A stretch of 63,957 nt of DNA, filler included, from Neolecta irregularis DAH-3 (Eukaryota), in the NCBI GenBank assembly GCA_001929475.1. It is 8 parts of 8 records of this genome, joined end to end, with 100 filler letters (N's around TTAATTAATTAA, not from the genome) between each part and the next. Parts side by side here need not be neighbours in the genome. Positions count along the whole stretch, not along the records: positions 27,513 to 48,773 come from LXFE01002745.1; 7 more parts are not named here. One strand, 5' to 3'. Below, piece after piece: positions 27,413 through 41,602 of the stretch. The stretch's first letter is position 1, and each line of letters starts with the position of its first letter. The translations under genes and the position numbers were made by a program. The notes under the pieces were generated by a model. It made no database searches. It was not told the origin of the DNA and worked only from the letters and a program-made list of their open reading frames with translations.

Positions 27413-27512
27413 NNNNNNNNNNNNNNNNNNNNNNNNNNNNNNNNNNNNNNNNNNNNTTAATTAATTAANNNNNNNNNNNNNNNNNNNNNNNNNNNNNNNN
27501 NNNNNNNNNNNN
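27413..27512. other. Artificial scaffold linker N44-TTAATTAATTAA-N44 (also at 48774-48873, 51002-51101, 53619-53718, 58352-58451, 59967-60066, 62849-62948)
   Basis: An identical 100-nt construct carrying a six-frame stop palindrome occurs seven times. Confidence 0.98.
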
Positions 27513-27571
27513 ACTCCCTCTCCCACTATCCCGTCCGAAAAGACGTCCTTGTATTCACAACAATCGTTAAC

Positions 27572-29722
27572 TTATCGACGCAAAGAGACATGAACTCCCT
27601 ACCGCTTATTTAACACTTGTCAACAATAAAGGCTGACTTACTGTTCCGCTGGTCAATATGATGTTCTTCTTCATTATCCTAGGGCTGAAATCGCGGTTTT
27701 CGATGATGCTGAAATGTTGTAATATACGGATGATCGTATACCCCATTTCTGTCAATGCGAAATTCTACGATTTAGAACGTTTAGAGAGATGATTTACTTG
27801 GCCTAGACACTATTTTTGAAAAAGAACATGTTAGTCGCGGAAAAATGAAAAAATATTGGGCTTACGACACGTGGACCGCCACTGGAAAGAGTTAGTGTGT
27901 TTGGTGGGGACAGTACTTGAATGGTAAAAATGTCCACGGCTTTGGTGCACTCTTGTACCAGCGTTCTGGTTTCCATTCCTTAGAGTAATGAGTACGTGAC
28001 GCGGTGTGAGGGTTGTACATCCGCATCTGGACCCCACAGGTCTGAGCGTCGATGCATGTTCATGACACTATACCCGACGGGCTAATTATCAATCAGCAAA
28101 TATTCACTCAAGGAAGATCGCGCTACCTCGCCTTTTCGAACATAGATGCGATCGAGACCATCGGGACCGCCTCCTAGAGGTAACGTGGTATCTTTGAGAG
28201 CATATCGGACGTTTTGGCCGACGGCGGGGTAACACCGAAGAGCTGCGACATTAGACCTAGTAATCCGTGCAACGCAAATAGGTACTCTCGTTGATGACAT
28301 TTTGAAGATATTTCATTTCTTTGATATCGTCGTATGTAGGAATTGTATCTGTCCCAAGCCGCTCAACAATCTCGTTTTTCAAAGTCAAAAAGACAAGTGG
28401 ATTTCGCGCAAGTTCGTAAAAGACCCCTGTAAGGTTTAGCTATCTTGACATTTATATTCATGTTACATGAAAGAGTGGCAGCAGTAGTATCACGAGCGCT
28501 AAAAGAAAAATTAGAAAGATAAAAAGTATTACGGGATACGCGAGCAACATGTTGATACTACACTATTAGCAGACGATCTTTGAAAACCCTCACAATTGGT
28601 CCCGTAATACTCTTCGATCAGTAGTGAATTCTGCCAAAGCATCCAAAAAACAAAAGTCCTTGTTTTTTTCCTTCTTCTCGTCGGTTCTAGCTGACAAAAT
28701 CGTTCGCTCAACGTACGGTTCCACAAAATCTTCAAGCTAGACAATTCAGTCCCCTGCATATCCCGAATAGTGTCTACTATTTTAATGTCTCTTCCGTAAG
28801 TTCTAGAATAGTATAGTCTCCACCAGCTACCGAGGTTTGCTCGAGTAGCAGCTACATCCTGCACATGTTCAAAAGCTTTCGCGAATAAAACCTGATTCAA
28901 ATTATCAGTGATATACTTTGAAACAAGAAACAAACATTGGGATTGTCAAGAGAGTTAATAGACTCGCCCAGCAGGAAATCGGTAGCAGAATCAAGTGTGA
29001 ATCGGAAAAATCTAGTAATGGATGAATTATGCCTCAGGCAAGAGGAGGATATACAAATTCTGCAAGTCACAAGAAGTTCCGTCGGCAGGAATATGTTTAA
29101 TCATCTTTTGAATATGACTTTCAAAACAATGCAAATCGGAAATTCGCTCTTTAGAGAATATCTAATGAAATTCAACAAGGTGGATTTCTAGAGTGGACAA
29201 TACCGATCTAGCGAGATGTCTGGAATTGGACCATGCATGGCCATCGGTATTGAAGATGCCGTCACCCAAGAATGTCTTGAGTGTTTCGTAAAGGATCCAG
29301 CCTTTTCCGTAATCACTGAACTGGGTTGCCAGGAGTGCCTGAGGATGAGACTCTGCGGATAAGAAGGAGGGTGGCATACCTTGGTGTTCTCCGGTTCGTC
29401 AGTCATGATTAGTGTTGCGCCGAGAAAGTTTAACAGGAAGTAAGCTATGGATGCGGAAAGAGAATGATACTTGTACGGTGTGCCGGCCGGTTTCTGTGAA
29501 CCAGGCGCGGGCATCCTCGAGATGGTTGTTGTTCAAGTTGATGCGTATAATGCGCGCGACGAGGTCTATGCCAAAGGGCCACGAGCCGAAGACGGCCAGG
29601 GGTGGTTCACCCAGCTGCTTCAAAGCACGAGTACGAGCCCATGTCCGCAGAACATGGTGGAGAGTAGCCGCAGCAAGAGCCAATGTGCCGATAGCAGCAA
29701 GAACGTACGGTGGCAATGCCAT
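27572..29722 (-). CDS. Cytochrome P450, CYP52-clan (alkane/fatty-acid hydroxylase-like)
   Basis: FLGDGIFNTDG..W, FFRFTLDSATDFLLGES, I-helix AARDTTA, LRCYP, DTTLPLGGGPDG and heme motif GGPRV|CLGQ split by an intron. Many introns. Confidence 0.9.
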
Positions 29723-29994
29723 GGAAAGTGCAGTCAATAGGTGGAGCGACAATCAATGAGTTTACCCCGCCGTATGCACTGGTGGCTTGCACGCTATGCC
29801 GCATTCGACCTCGTGGGAGATACGTCTCTACGTGCTGCCGCTCATCAGTCAGGTTCGTCCAATTAGAGTCGACGCAACCTCCAGGTTCCTTTTTAACCAT
29901 ATTTTTAGTTTCTTTGTTACTGAGCTACTTTTTTTAGAGATGGTGACATATCAAGCCCATTGTCCACTGGCGATTCCTCTAACGCATCAAGCGG

Positions 29995-32489
29995 TTAGAC
30001 TGTTACAACTTGAGTCTGGGCAAACAATCCAGTTTGCCCTTTACTCACAGTCGCCCAGCTCGGCAAGTTATTCTGCACCTCCAAGAGCCCTGCTACATCC
30101 TCGTCCCATAAACAAGTGACATTGAACGCATCGAGGTCTCCTCTAACGGAAAGTTTGTGAGGCTTATCCCATGATCGTCGGTACATTCGAACACGCTCAA
30201 TAGGGTCATTATGAGCTAATGATCCGATCTTTACAGGGGTCACAAACTTATGGAAGAAGACATCGCATATTCGACTGGTTGAATCGATGGAAATATGTAA
30301 ATTTGGCGGCTGCGAATAGTTGGTTGAAATGCTCATGTTTCTATGGATGTCCTCAAATTTATACTCACACGATACGATTGCTGAACCTCGTGAGGAACTA
30401 GTGCATTCGTAGCCTAAACGAGCAGATGGAATGAATATTAATGCTTGCTGAATGTAGCCCTCAAGACCGGAAATCGAAACTCTGGCGCCTTCCTGCATGT
30501 AATAGAACTTCAAAGGCGCATAATCAGTGAACGGCGCAGCCATACAGGTGACTGCAAAAACTCCAGCTGTGATAAATACTACTAAATGTACGATTCTTGT
30601 TAATGAAATCGTGGCAAGGAACGGTGGCAGGGGAAGCAGTGATAATATTGTAAAGACCGAAATGGAAATATACACTATAGTTAGTTTTGCAACAAGCGTT
30701 TTGTACAAGCCGAAATAGGATTGCCATCGCTAGCTGTCTGATGAAGCGCAGGAATGATCACGTAAACCAGGTTTTGAAGGATGAGCAGTGTTGAAATAGG
30801 GACGGACACGAGAAACCGTACAATCCAGGTCCACCTGGCGAGGTAATTTCCTTTTGACAGTGATGTTTGGCTTTGTTCAGGCATCTCATCTCTGTTGTTA
30901 GGAAGAAAGGGCGTCCTTTCGTTGGTGTCATTCTCGTCATATTGTTGTACGTATTCAGAGCTCTCAAACAGAGCAACAAGAGAAGCGATGAAAAGGCCAA
31001 CAAAGGAGATTGTGTTGATGTAAAGAAATCCTATACTTTGAACAACGCTGACGATTGAGCTAATGAATAATAAAAGCCAAGAGATACTCATCAATTCAAG
31101 AGTCATCACACGCTCGAAATCTGCATTTGATGGTGACGATCGCGCGAGAATATGCATCGGAAGATACCCGCACAACAAGGATAAGACGACGACGAGGTAA
31201 GGTTTGGAGTAAAGAACCTTTATGTTAATGGTACTCAACGTGCTAGAGTACATATGGATTAAGGTGATAGACGACCAGGAGCGAAAGCGAAGAGCCCAAG
31301 ATAGCGCCACAGACAGAAGCTGCTGCTCTTCCCAAACCCCTGAAGAGAATTTTACTTAAAAGCCTGCTGCGGATAAAGAACGAAAGACCAATGATCCATG
31401 GAAAAAGAAGAAGAAGAGCAAAGTTGAAGAGTTGCAACCAGGCTAGTTTGAAGTGAGCAAATCCAGCATTAAGAAAGTCGAAAAACATAGGCTTTCCATC
31501 CCAGTAAATTTTCCCACCATTTCCAAGAGATTCTGTAGTTTGAAGAGCGGTTGTGATCATATGCTGGAGGGATTTACGGCCAGAGTGAGCAACGTCGTCT
31601 TGACGAGTGTGATAGAGAGCTCGAGGTTGAAAAAAGGCGATGTCTAAACCTGGCGCGAGGGTTTCGTATACAACATAGTCCGTTTGACTATGAACGACAC
31701 CTCTATTGAAAAAGTCATTGCCGAGGATGGTAACTGCTGGCTGAGGGCTCGAAAAGTGTTTGGCTACACTATCTGAAGATGCCCTGAATAGCAAGGCTTT
31801 TCCGCCACTGCCGGCGCCTTCAAGATTTAGAAACGCTGTGACGTCATATGCCCAAGGGTGTTGAAGAAAGGCATATGCTCCAAGGAGATTATCTCAAAAG
31901 TCAGGCCTTTAGTGTACAAGGGAAGAACCTTCTTCAGCGTTGTTGAAGTTGAATATGAGGGTTTTCTTTAAAGGGTGAGAAGCGAAATGACGGGCTAATT
32001 CCAAGGCAGCAACGGTTCCCATGCCATTGTCTGTAGCACCTCTTGCTGTAGACACGCTGTCAAAGTGAGCAGAAACGAGAATGGCATCGTTCGGGGAGGA
32101 AGTGCCCGGGATTCTGAGGATGAGGTTTGTCGACTCAAAGTACAACAGGGTGTTGGTGGCATTCAGCAGAATGGAGATGTTTTGGGGTTTCAAGCAGATG
32201 TTGGAGTGGCGCGCTGCTACTTTGGAGGTTAGCAGAGCAGGACTGAGGGGCTGTGAGTACAGTTGGAGAGCTGTGACTCGAGAAGGGCATATACGCGGTC
32301 ATTGGCATGGCTGGAGTAGGGATGCGGGAGAGCGGTGAGCTGCAGGAGGTTGTCCCAGGCCTCTTCGTAGGCGGGAGCAAGGGGAGTGATGGGTTCTGCG
32401 CGCACGTAGAGGGCGAGGAAGAGCGAAAGGCCTGTGGCAAGAAGCAGTAGCAAATGCGGGGGTAGGAGTGTCTGCAGCCGCGAGGTCAT
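29995..32489 (-). CDS. M28 family membrane metallopeptidase (Pff1/ERMP1-like)
   Basis: PHPYSS..N, SAHFDSV..GATDNGMG, FNNAEE, FLNLEGAG.GG, TDYVVY and YHT..D, followed by a multi-TM region. Confidence 0.93.
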
Positions 32490-32686
32490 GGTTGTGGTGC
32501 GAGGACAGTCAAGCGACCCCGCTATGCCACTCTCGCACGCAATGACGGTCTAACGGCTGTCTCGGTAGATATACTATACATGCAGAATATCCGGTTGCAC
32601 TTGCTGGATAAACGGAGTGTACAAGAACTGGGGACTGGCGGGTCAACAACAACATCATCCGCCGGTTCAAGACACCAAGGACGTTG

Positions 32687-35600
32687 ATGGCAGCAGCACT
32701 TGTCGCACAAAGCTCGCAGCAGCAACAGGCGGGCGATGAGCAAGCACGGCTTTTGGAAGAAGCATTGGCCGTTGTCCGTAATCATGCTCTGCATATGCGC
32801 CGATGTCTCGATGCCGCCCGGTTGATGGACGCTCTTAAGAATGCAAGTTCCATGCTCGCAGAGCTGAGAAGCAGTGCGCTCGGCCCAAAACAGTACTACC
32901 AAGTCTGTATGCGCATCAACCATGGGATTTACTGTTAATCCCAGACATGGCTGCCTTCGACTCCCTACGCTATTTGGCCGCTTATCTGCTCGAGGCCCAC
33001 CAGTCGGGTAAACACCATCTTGCAGACCTCTACGAACTCGTCCAGTACGCGGGAAACATTGTCCCGCGCCTATACCTCATGATCACCGTGGGCACGTATG
33101 CCTCCACCTCCCCCAGCCCGCCTTGATCCATTAGAGTGTACATGGGCGTGGAAGGCGCTCCTGTCAGAGAGATCATGAAAGACTTGCTTGAGATGAGTAG
33201 AGGCGTCCAGCACCCAATCCGGTACTACAGCTTGCCTTCTCGTCTGACTTTCAGCGGCTTGTTCTTGCGTCACTACCTGTCTGGCCAGTCGAGGGACTAT
33301 CTTCCTTCAGGAGAAGAAGAAAGGTTGTTCCTCATCACTGCACCTCTTTTAATTCTAGTGCTAGCGGAAACTTGCGCGATTCAATTTCCTTCGTGTTGAC
33401 TAATTTCATCGAGATGAACAAATTGTGGGTGAGACTACAACATCAAGGACATTCGCGCGATCGAGATAAACGAGAGCAAGAGCGTCGAGAACTGCGTCTT
33501 CTCGTTGGCACGAATCTTGTTCGTTTGAGTCAACTGTGTGCCGCAGACCTCGAACTCTATTCAGGGGTCTCGTTCTGCAATTTCCCGTCTTACATCTAGA
33601 CCATCCTTCCCGCCATCTTGGAACAGGTGGTACAATGTCGCGATGTTTTGGCCCAAGAGTACCTTATGGAAGGTATCCTTCTGACTCGTGTGAATTCTCT
33701 TGACAAGCAGTAATCACTCAAGTCTTTGCAGATGATCTACACCTGCGCACACTCGATCAATTTCTCTCGGCAACAGCAAAATTGAACACACATTCAAATA
33801 TCCGCCAGATCGTTTCTGCGTTAATTGATCGGTTAGCTTCATATGCTGCACGTGAATCCGAGAACGAAGATCCGGAAGAACGTCGCTTGAAGGAGGAAGG
33901 CGCCGCCAACCGACTAGCCTCAAAAATTCAAAGAATCCGTGTTTCAAATGCAAAAAATAACAGCTCAACCGATCAGGTCGTCGAGTCTAACCCGGATGAA
34001 ACCGATCCACCGACGAAATTTCGTGGTATACCACAGGATGTACCTCTCTTTGAAGTCTTTTGGGAACAAATCGTCAATTTGGTAAAGGTATACCTTGCCC
34101 ATTTTCTTTTGGCTTACGTTTATATCAGGCCCGTCCCGATATACCTCTTCAAGATGTCTCTGCCCTGTTACTCAGCCTTGCAAATCTCTCTTTGAATTGC
34201 TACCCTGACAAACTTGAATATGTGGACAAAATATTCAGCTTTGCTCGTGACAAAATGATCGATTATGCCGATAGGTATTTTTTCTCCTTTACTACTTTTG
34301 CCTAAATTGTTCTAGTCCTGATTTATATGCCCCTACCACGGTGAATGCGTATCTGGCGTTACTGTTGGCTCCATTATCATCCTACCAATCGCTTCTCACG
34401 CTCTTTGCGATACCATTTTATCTCCCATTGCTCCACGCCCAACCATATTCTACCCGCAGAGCAATCGCAGCAGCCGTCTCCCACGCCCTTTTAAACACAG
34501 ATATAATTCTTTCTTCGGTACAAGACGTACAAGACGTTTTAGAATTGCTCAAGGTTATTATTGTTGAAAGTGCTCCGGCGCAATCTAGTCTCGTTCGAAA
34601 ATCCCAAAACGAAGATGAAGTCGAGGAGCAAGGATGGATTGCCCGGATAATCCATCTATGTAAATCGGAAGACATCGATATTCAATTCTCGGTTCGCTTC
34701 CCCTTCAATTTAGCGTTATCGTCTTATACGGTGTAGATTCTGGAGGCATTGAGTAAAGCTTGTATCGAAGGCGGTGACCGGATTAAATATACCACACCGT
34801 CGCTGGTCACTCAAACAATTTTGCTCGCTCACCAATGTTATTCACAAGAGCACCTAGTAATTCCCCGATCTTCAAAGCACTTTTAACTCTTCTCAGGAAA
34901 ACGACTGGCCAAATAAATTAACTGCCATGTTCAAGTTCTTGCATCAACTTATTTCAATGTTATATTCGCGAATGGCATTAGCCGATCTTTGTTTACGGTT
35001 ATTCGTTAATGCGGGACAAATCGCAGATTCATGCGGTGCTGAAGACACTGCTTACGAATATTTTGCACAGGCGTTTACAATTTACGAAGATTCGATTTCT
35101 GAGTCAAGGACGCAGTATCAAGCATTGATGATAATTTCAGGTGGTCTTTACAATACGAAATCCTTTGGTAACGAGAATTACGAGAATTTGATTACAAAAG
35201 CGGCTCTCCATGGTGCAAAGTTACTTAAAAAGCCAGATCAAGCTCGAGCTGTTTATTCAGCGAGTCATCTTTGGTGGTCTGAAGATGAAAAGGTATGGGG
35301 TTGTAGAATCGAGAAATAATTAAACAGGGTTATCGGGATGGAAAACGCGTACTCGATTGTCTACAGAAAAGTCTCAAAATCGCCGATGCGTGTATGGATA
35401 CAGCAAGCAGTGTTGAGCTTTTCGTGGAGATTCTCAATCGATACGGGTATCATTTTGACCGGGCAAATGATGCTGTCACAGTAAAATATCTCAACGGATG
35501 TATATTCTACTGCAGCAACAATACTAACATACAGTAATCGAACTCGTACAAACAAACCTTACAAGTCTCGATACAGTCGACAAGCGCCATGCTGGGACGA

Positions 35601-35740
35601 GTACATCGGCCATCTGCGAATATGAAGGACATCCAGCTGAATGGATCCAGAATTTCTTTTACAGGACGATCAAACATATGGAAAGCAGAATTGAAGATGA
35701 ACCAGAGAAATGGGCAGGAGTTAAAATTCCCGCAAGTTAA
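32687..35740 (+). CDS. VPS35: Retromer subunit Vps35
   Basis: [50 protein letters not shown] and [17 protein letters not shown]. Confidence 0.98.
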
Positions 35741-35797
35741 GAATTATATTGAAAAAATAAAAAGATCCGGAATCGTGAGTGCTACAAAATATTTCAG

Positions 35798-37048
35798 TTA
35801 TAAGATAACTGGGCATCGATCCTCTATTGGAAATGAATGCCAATAAGAAAATGCTTCAGAGAGGGCAATCATCTCGGCTGCGCTGGCCAAAAGAACCAAG
35901 ACGTGAAATATCTGATGCGAGCTACCCTGCAAAATAATTACTACAACATGATCAAGGTGAATGTACCCAGATATCATGCTTTCCCGGACGGAATCTCTCT
36001 GGAATGCGCGTGGCATAGAGACTAGCTCCGATGATGTAGAGTGTGCCCTCAAGAGCAACCCATGGCAGGGCTATTTGCTTGCTTAATTGGTCCAACTTGT
36101 CTCAGCTTTTGCCAAGCTATATACTTACCGAGAATATCTTCACGCCGTGGACCAAGGGGGCGATTGCGCTGGAACCTAAAATTGCAAAGAGAAATGCACG
36201 TATTGGCCTTTATGAGCTTGATAGTGTATATGGAAGTACCGATAAGATGGACTACTAAAGATGTTGAATGCAGTGAAAGTAAGCAGACCTAGTCCGAGCG
36301 CAGCAAACTGGAGGTAAGAAGAGCATGGCTGAGGGGTGTACTATCCCGGTATAAAACCTTGCCAATTCTGGTCTGCAGTAGAATCCAAAGTACAGGGTTG
36401 GGACGATAGAGCCGATCTACACTGTGAGAGGGAGTGTAGAAGAACGAGGGTACAATGAGGGCTATGATGCCGAGATAATCGAGCTTGTTACCGAGGCTGT
36501 CTACAGACTGTGAGACGCAGCATATGGTGTGATAGGTGCTGCTCAAGGTAAGACAGATGACTGCACTGGCGAAGAAACAGAGGAGGATAGAGATGTCGGT
36601 CATCGTTGTGTGGGGATACGCATATGTATTTATCACGTAGTTGAAGCCAACGACTAGGAAGAGGACCGCGCCGATGAGATGGGTCCATATATTGACTAGA
36701 GGTTAATTTTGCGCCAGCCAAGGCAGAAACCGGATTCGTTGTGCAGATAGAGCAGCGAGGCGTAGGCCCGTTTGAAGGAAAATGTTTCTCTGCGGTAGCC
36801 CGAGTGGATGAAGGCATTATCGCGCTGCCAATCTGGGAGTAAGGGCGGGGAGGAGAAGCGGCGACACCTTTGAGTTCTTCAAAGACACAGACAAGAGAAT
36901 GGCCGACCTTTTCGGCGGCGGCGGAAAAAGAGTCTGCGACTTCTGCGGCAAAGTCGTGCGCAGAAGCAGAAAGGCGGCGGGATTCTCTGCCGATGAGACT
37001 GGAGGTGGGTGTGGGACAGTTGTCTGGGGGTGTTTGCGAGCGAGACAT
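35798..37048 (-). CDS. PAQR family (Izh/adiponectin receptor-like) protein
   Basis: DNAFIHSGYR, HNES|VNIWTHL, LSSTYH, LDYLGI, PERF.PG and SHQIFH. Confidence 0.93.
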
Positions 37049-37356
37049 CGCGATGCAGCAGTGCAGTACTGCAGTACAGCAGAGAGACGGCAAGAGAGCG
37101 TGGAGAACGGAGCAGTGGTGGTGAGGGCGGGGTAGTTGGGCGATGTGCCGCCTGCCGGCGTCACGAGCCCGAGCGGACCATCGCTTCCGCCCCCGCCACG
37201 CGGGATCAGTGCGGCAGTTTCTGGCGGGAGAGCGGCTGCATTGCAACTGCGTGGATATATGCGCATACACTGCAGCAGTACTCTGCATGTATGCGGCTGC
37301 AGCGCGAAAACTCACCGCCAAATACACCTGCGGCCGCGCCCGTCGCAAAGGGGCAG

Positions 37357-38505
37357 ATGCAGACAAGGCTGGGCTTTGCAAACCTGCTTCGCCAGTCGCG
37401 GGTCGTGTCCATCGCGGCAGAACTGCACCCGCCGGCAGCCCCTGTGTATGGCCAGCGTCCGTTCCAGATTTATCCCACGCGCCAGGTCATCACTGCCCCC
37501 AAGCAGCATACCTGCCGCAACGACTGGGGCATAAAAAGCAACCTCCCGCCCCTAAAATCCGCCTTTGTCTCCATCGGCAATTTCGATTCCCGCGAGCACC
37601 AGCCTCAGTTCGATGTCGCAAACGACAAGGTCTTGTTTCTCAGACGCGCAAGAGAAATGGGCATCGCCCTCGATGCGTCAGACCCCTCAACCTCAGTTCG
37701 CAACCTTCCCTTCATCTGCTACCAGAACCCCCGTCAATTTTCTACAGCAAACGTAGGCCCCTGGCTAAAAAACTTGCCAAAGAAAGCACTCGACAGTTAC
37801 TGCAGGAAAATCATGTCAAGGAGGCGGGAGTATTTTGAGCACCGACGACAAAATCGCATCAACTTATCTTCTGTTGACCCCCCTCGGGAATTTCTATTTC
37901 CAGGCGTTCCCGCATCTTACCAAATAACGCCTGTCAGCAGCGAATCCGTTGATAAAGCCTCCGCTTACAATTCAAACGCTCCCAAGCCAGACCTCCAAGT
38001 CGCTGGCATTCAAAGGCGGAATCACGAGGTCCTCGATTTTCTACGTATCCCACAGTCACAACCCCGCCAGATTCATGCCACAGCAGGACTCTCATACGCG
38101 GGTGCTGGTATCTTACCAACCACTAAAATTGACGGTCGAATGATAATTTCTATGGGATTTGAATCTTTTGTGGCTCTCGGAGGAGTTATTGCCATTGGAT
38201 ACGCTCTGCCCCGGTCAAACTCCATCCAGAGATATTCCATATCGAAGAGTTTCATCGATGCTATAGGCCGTCTCGTCATCCATGTTTTCCAACCTTCTCA
38301 TATGCCTCAGAAAAACAAAAATATATACCGACCCAATTGTTCGCTCACGTCCGCTGACTTTAGTGGAGAAGAGAATAATAGAAGGACGGTATCACCGCCT
38401 TCCCCACCTAAGCAGAAAGACTTAACTCCAGAAACCGACAAGAAGACACTGGCGCACCTGATTGATATCCTAGATCACAGCCCATTTTCGGATAAAATAA
38501 AATAA
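37357..38505 (+). CDS. MRP51: Mitochondrial small-subunit ribosomal protein Mrp51 (bS1m)-like
   Basis: FANLLRQSR, YPTRQVI..RNDWGIKSNLP and HATAGLSY match recalled Mrp51 motifs. Confidence 0.75.
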   Translation: MQTRLGFANLLRQSRVVSIAAELHPPAAPVYGQRPFQIYPTRQVITAPKQHTCRNDWGIKSNLPPLKSAFVSIGNFDSREHQPQFDVANDKVLFLRRAREMGIALDASDPSTSVRNLPFICYQNPRQFSTANVGPWLKNLPKKALDSYCRKIMSRRREYFEHRRQNRINLSSVDPPREFLFPGVPASYQITPVSSESVDKASAYNSNAPKPDLQVAGIQRRNHEVLDFLRIPQSQPRQIHATAGLSYAGAGILPTTKIDGRMIISMGFESFVALGGVIAIGYALPRSNSIQRYSISKSFIDAIGRLVIHVFQPSHMPQKNKNIYRPNCSLTSADFSGEENNRRTVSPPSPPKQKDLTPETDKKTLAHLIDILDHSPFSDKIK

Positions 38506-38625
38506 TAGGAATGCATCTAAATTAGAGCTAGATAGGCTAATTACGCCATCTTTGAGATCACATTCAAATACATAGAAACACCTTTCCTCAAATGCCAAAA
38601 AAGCAATACTGCGAAATAGAATTGA

Positions 38626-41577
38626 CTACCATTCCACACAACTTCGATCCATAACCCTCCAAACCCGTAACTCGCCGCTCCTAAAATCATTGAGCCGATA
38701 ACTCTTCTCATCCAATTTCTTTCCATCCCGGCCTTGTTCATACATGCGCAACTTTCGTTTGGCACCATCCCATTCTGAACTTACTACCCCCACATGAGAT
38801 GACAGTTCAACAGTATATTTCGAATGTAATCCACCTTTATGTCCTTGGAATTTTACATTTCGAAACGAAACAACGTCTCCTGGTCTGATTTCGTCAAATT
38901 GCTGCACAGAAGCGTTCGCAAGATTTGTGTATATAAGTGCTCCATAGGCTTTATGTCCGATCGGAGGAAGCGCAGCTGGAATGTGTCGAATTGCTTGTAG
39001 AACCAAATCGTCACTAGTTCCATCGCCGATAACAGAACCAACTTGAGGTGTTATAAAATCCAAGAGTTGCTTATTAAACTTTTCGGCGGCTTCCACGAGC
39101 TCCTCTCGAGAAAGGAAGGGAGGAGGTGGTTTATGTCGTTGGGATAAGGTAACTTGAGACGGAACATTTGATTCAAAGTGAGCCGTGATAATAGTTTGAC
39201 TATAATCCGCATATAAAACGTAAATATCCTTGGAAACCGAAGATCGTCCCCCTCGATGGGGCGTGACACTTTCATCCATCTCAAATAAAATATCAGTCCG
39301 GTCTTGAAATGTCGGGGGCGGCATTTTCTCTTGCGTCCACCATTCATTCTCCTCCAGTTCAACATCCCTAGCTAGAAATCCGTGTTCAGGCAAAGGGCGA
39401 GACCAATCTAGAGATATTCTGTTACCCAATCGCGAATCAATAGACATCCGAGAACGATCAACAGAAGGTCGAATCGGTGGGTTTCTGTCGGCTTCCACTC
39501 GCGACCACTCAACAGATTGTCTTGGTGGATTCGGGCGAGTAAAATCAACAGAGGCCCTGGGAACCGGTGGACGATCTCGAGAGGAAGGAGACGAGAGCTC
39601 GGGGGGCGGTCTGGGAGGAGGACTGAGTGGTTGTAAATAGGGTTGACGAGATTTCTTTTGCGACTCTTCTCCGTGAAGATTCGCTGTGACAATTGTCAGA
39701 GGTACATCCTTTTGACTCGATGATGGACGCGGTGCATCTGTATCTTCGTCAGCCTCATAGCCCTCTCCTTCAGTATCTGTTATTGCAGAACCAGCATCCA
39801 GAGCAAGACGAGAAATACTCATCCCAGAGAGTGATTTGGAGAGCCTATGCTCTATCTTGTGCTCGACTTTAGTTTCAATGACCAATCCTCCTTTCTCGAC
39901 AGACGCTGGAAGTTTGCTAACAGGATCTGTATTCTTGCGATTATGCGAAGGAATGGCAGCTTCAGATATGTTTGGCGATGGTAATTCGGAAATTTCTTCC
40001 GGCGAATCTGCCAGGATTGGGCGACTATTTTGCGAGGAATCATCGTCTACTGATGCATTCAATAGTTCAACATTCCCCGATATAAGCTGCTCTCCAGGNN
40101 NNNNNNNNTGCTTCAGATATGTTTGGCGATGGTAATTCGGAAATTTCTTCGGGCGAATCTGCCAGGATTGGGCGACTATTTTCCGAGGAATCATCGTCTA
40201 CTGATGCATTCAATAGTTCAACATTCCCCGATATAAGCTGCTCTCCAGGAACATCTTGATCTGACTCCTCCGAGTTAGGTTGCAAAGGTTCATGGAGGGG
40301 CGATTCAGCAGTAAGGCCAACCGGAGAAACAGGCGATGAAACAGGCTTTTCTTCCTGTGGTTTCGGCGGTGGCGGCGGTTTCGGCTTCGATTTCTGTGTT
40401 GCAGGAGACATTCCAAGGGCTAATGCCATGCCCATACCTCCACTCATTTTTGCTATTCGTTCACGGATGGCCTGTCGTTTTGCTTGTTCAGGATCAATTT
40501 CCTCTTCGCTCTCTTGAACTGGAGTATCTTGATTCATTAATTGGGACCTCCAAGGCATGTACCTTCGATCTGAATATCTTCAACCTGGTCTTGCTCGACA
40601 TCTTCTGACATGGAGCGACGCAGCACAATAGGGCTGGTATTTTCACTTGGACCAGAAGAAGCAGCTTGTTGAGAAGGTTGTCCATCTTCGATCGATGTTT
40701 TATTTTCTTGCCGACCCGGAACTGGAGGTTTTGCTTTTGGGACTGTTGGCTCAAATCGGGTAGTATGTAGAGCAGCAATCCTTTCGCGTAACGATGTGAC
40801 CGAAGCAAGGTCCTCTGAAGTTTTTATCTTCTCCTCTAAAGTAGAATTGACAATATCAGGCTGTCTGTGGGAGTCAGGCTTCAGAATGGGCTTGTTAATT
40901 TTAGGCGGTGACGAGACGAACGAACTCTTGGCCGGTGGAGGTGGTGTCCATTTTTTGGCACTGGTTGGAGGTTTTGGAGGAGGGGGTTGGGATGCAGCTT
41001 TATTAAATGCTGCAATGCGATCTCTGAATGAGAGAGGTTTTGATGGTTCCTGATCGTGTAGCGGCTGCGTGGTACGACCTGTCGAATGGTCAAATGACGT
41101 CGCGTGAAGGATCAGCGGAGCTGGAACTGACTTATCGGAGACTTGTGCCACTCCGAGCGATGCTGAACGTCTCTGATGGGCATCCTTTTGTGCAGCTACC
41201 ACAGGAACTGCAGCATCTGTGTTAGTTCGAGGAAGGGAAATGTTATTCGACGTATGCGGACCCGTTTCGCTCCCCAAATCAGGTTCATCGGCCCCGCTGG
41301 ACGATGTCTCATTTTCAGGGATGGTCTCGGCAGCGGGGGAAATTGTGGTTGATGATTTAGCAAGAGGGGTCGTTTCATCACCGAGGAATTCCACAAAGGA
41401 TCTGGGAAATATGCCGGTATGAAGGGAGCCTGAAGAATCCTTGTACTCTCCATGCAGCCATTCTTTGTCCTCTGCAGCAATAACAGTGATTAGTTGCCCA
41501 TTCTCAAACTTAAGGTCGTCATCGTGTTCCGAAGCATATGCATACAAAGCCCGAGCTTTCGCGGGATACGAAGGCAT
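38626..41577 (-). CDS. BBC1: SH3-domain myosin-I tail interactor Bbc1/Mti1
   Basis: N-terminal SH3 (ALYAY..DDLKF..W..GIFP), SFRDRIAAFN, IRERIAKMSGG, a Pro-rich region and C-terminal QFDEIRPGD..HVGVV..EWDG..YEQG. Interrupted by an assembly duplication at the 40099-40108 gap. Confidence 0.85.
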
Positions 41578-41602
41578 GCTCGAGGCTTAGGATCCATTAG
41601 AT

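Noticed and set aside
27457-27468. TTAATTAATTAA palindrome recurring 7 times as a biological motif (piggyBac-like or PacI site)
   Set aside because: It is always centred in exactly 44+44 Ns, so it is an assembly spacer.
36488-37838. Long overlapping ORFs on both strands at the PAQR/MRP51 junction
   Set aside because: They result from stop-codon scarcity in a GC-rich peak; only the PAQR and MRP51 frames carry family motifs.
40067-40250. Frameshift or programmed recoding in BBC1
   Set aside because: Explained by the duplicated overlap around a 10-N gap.
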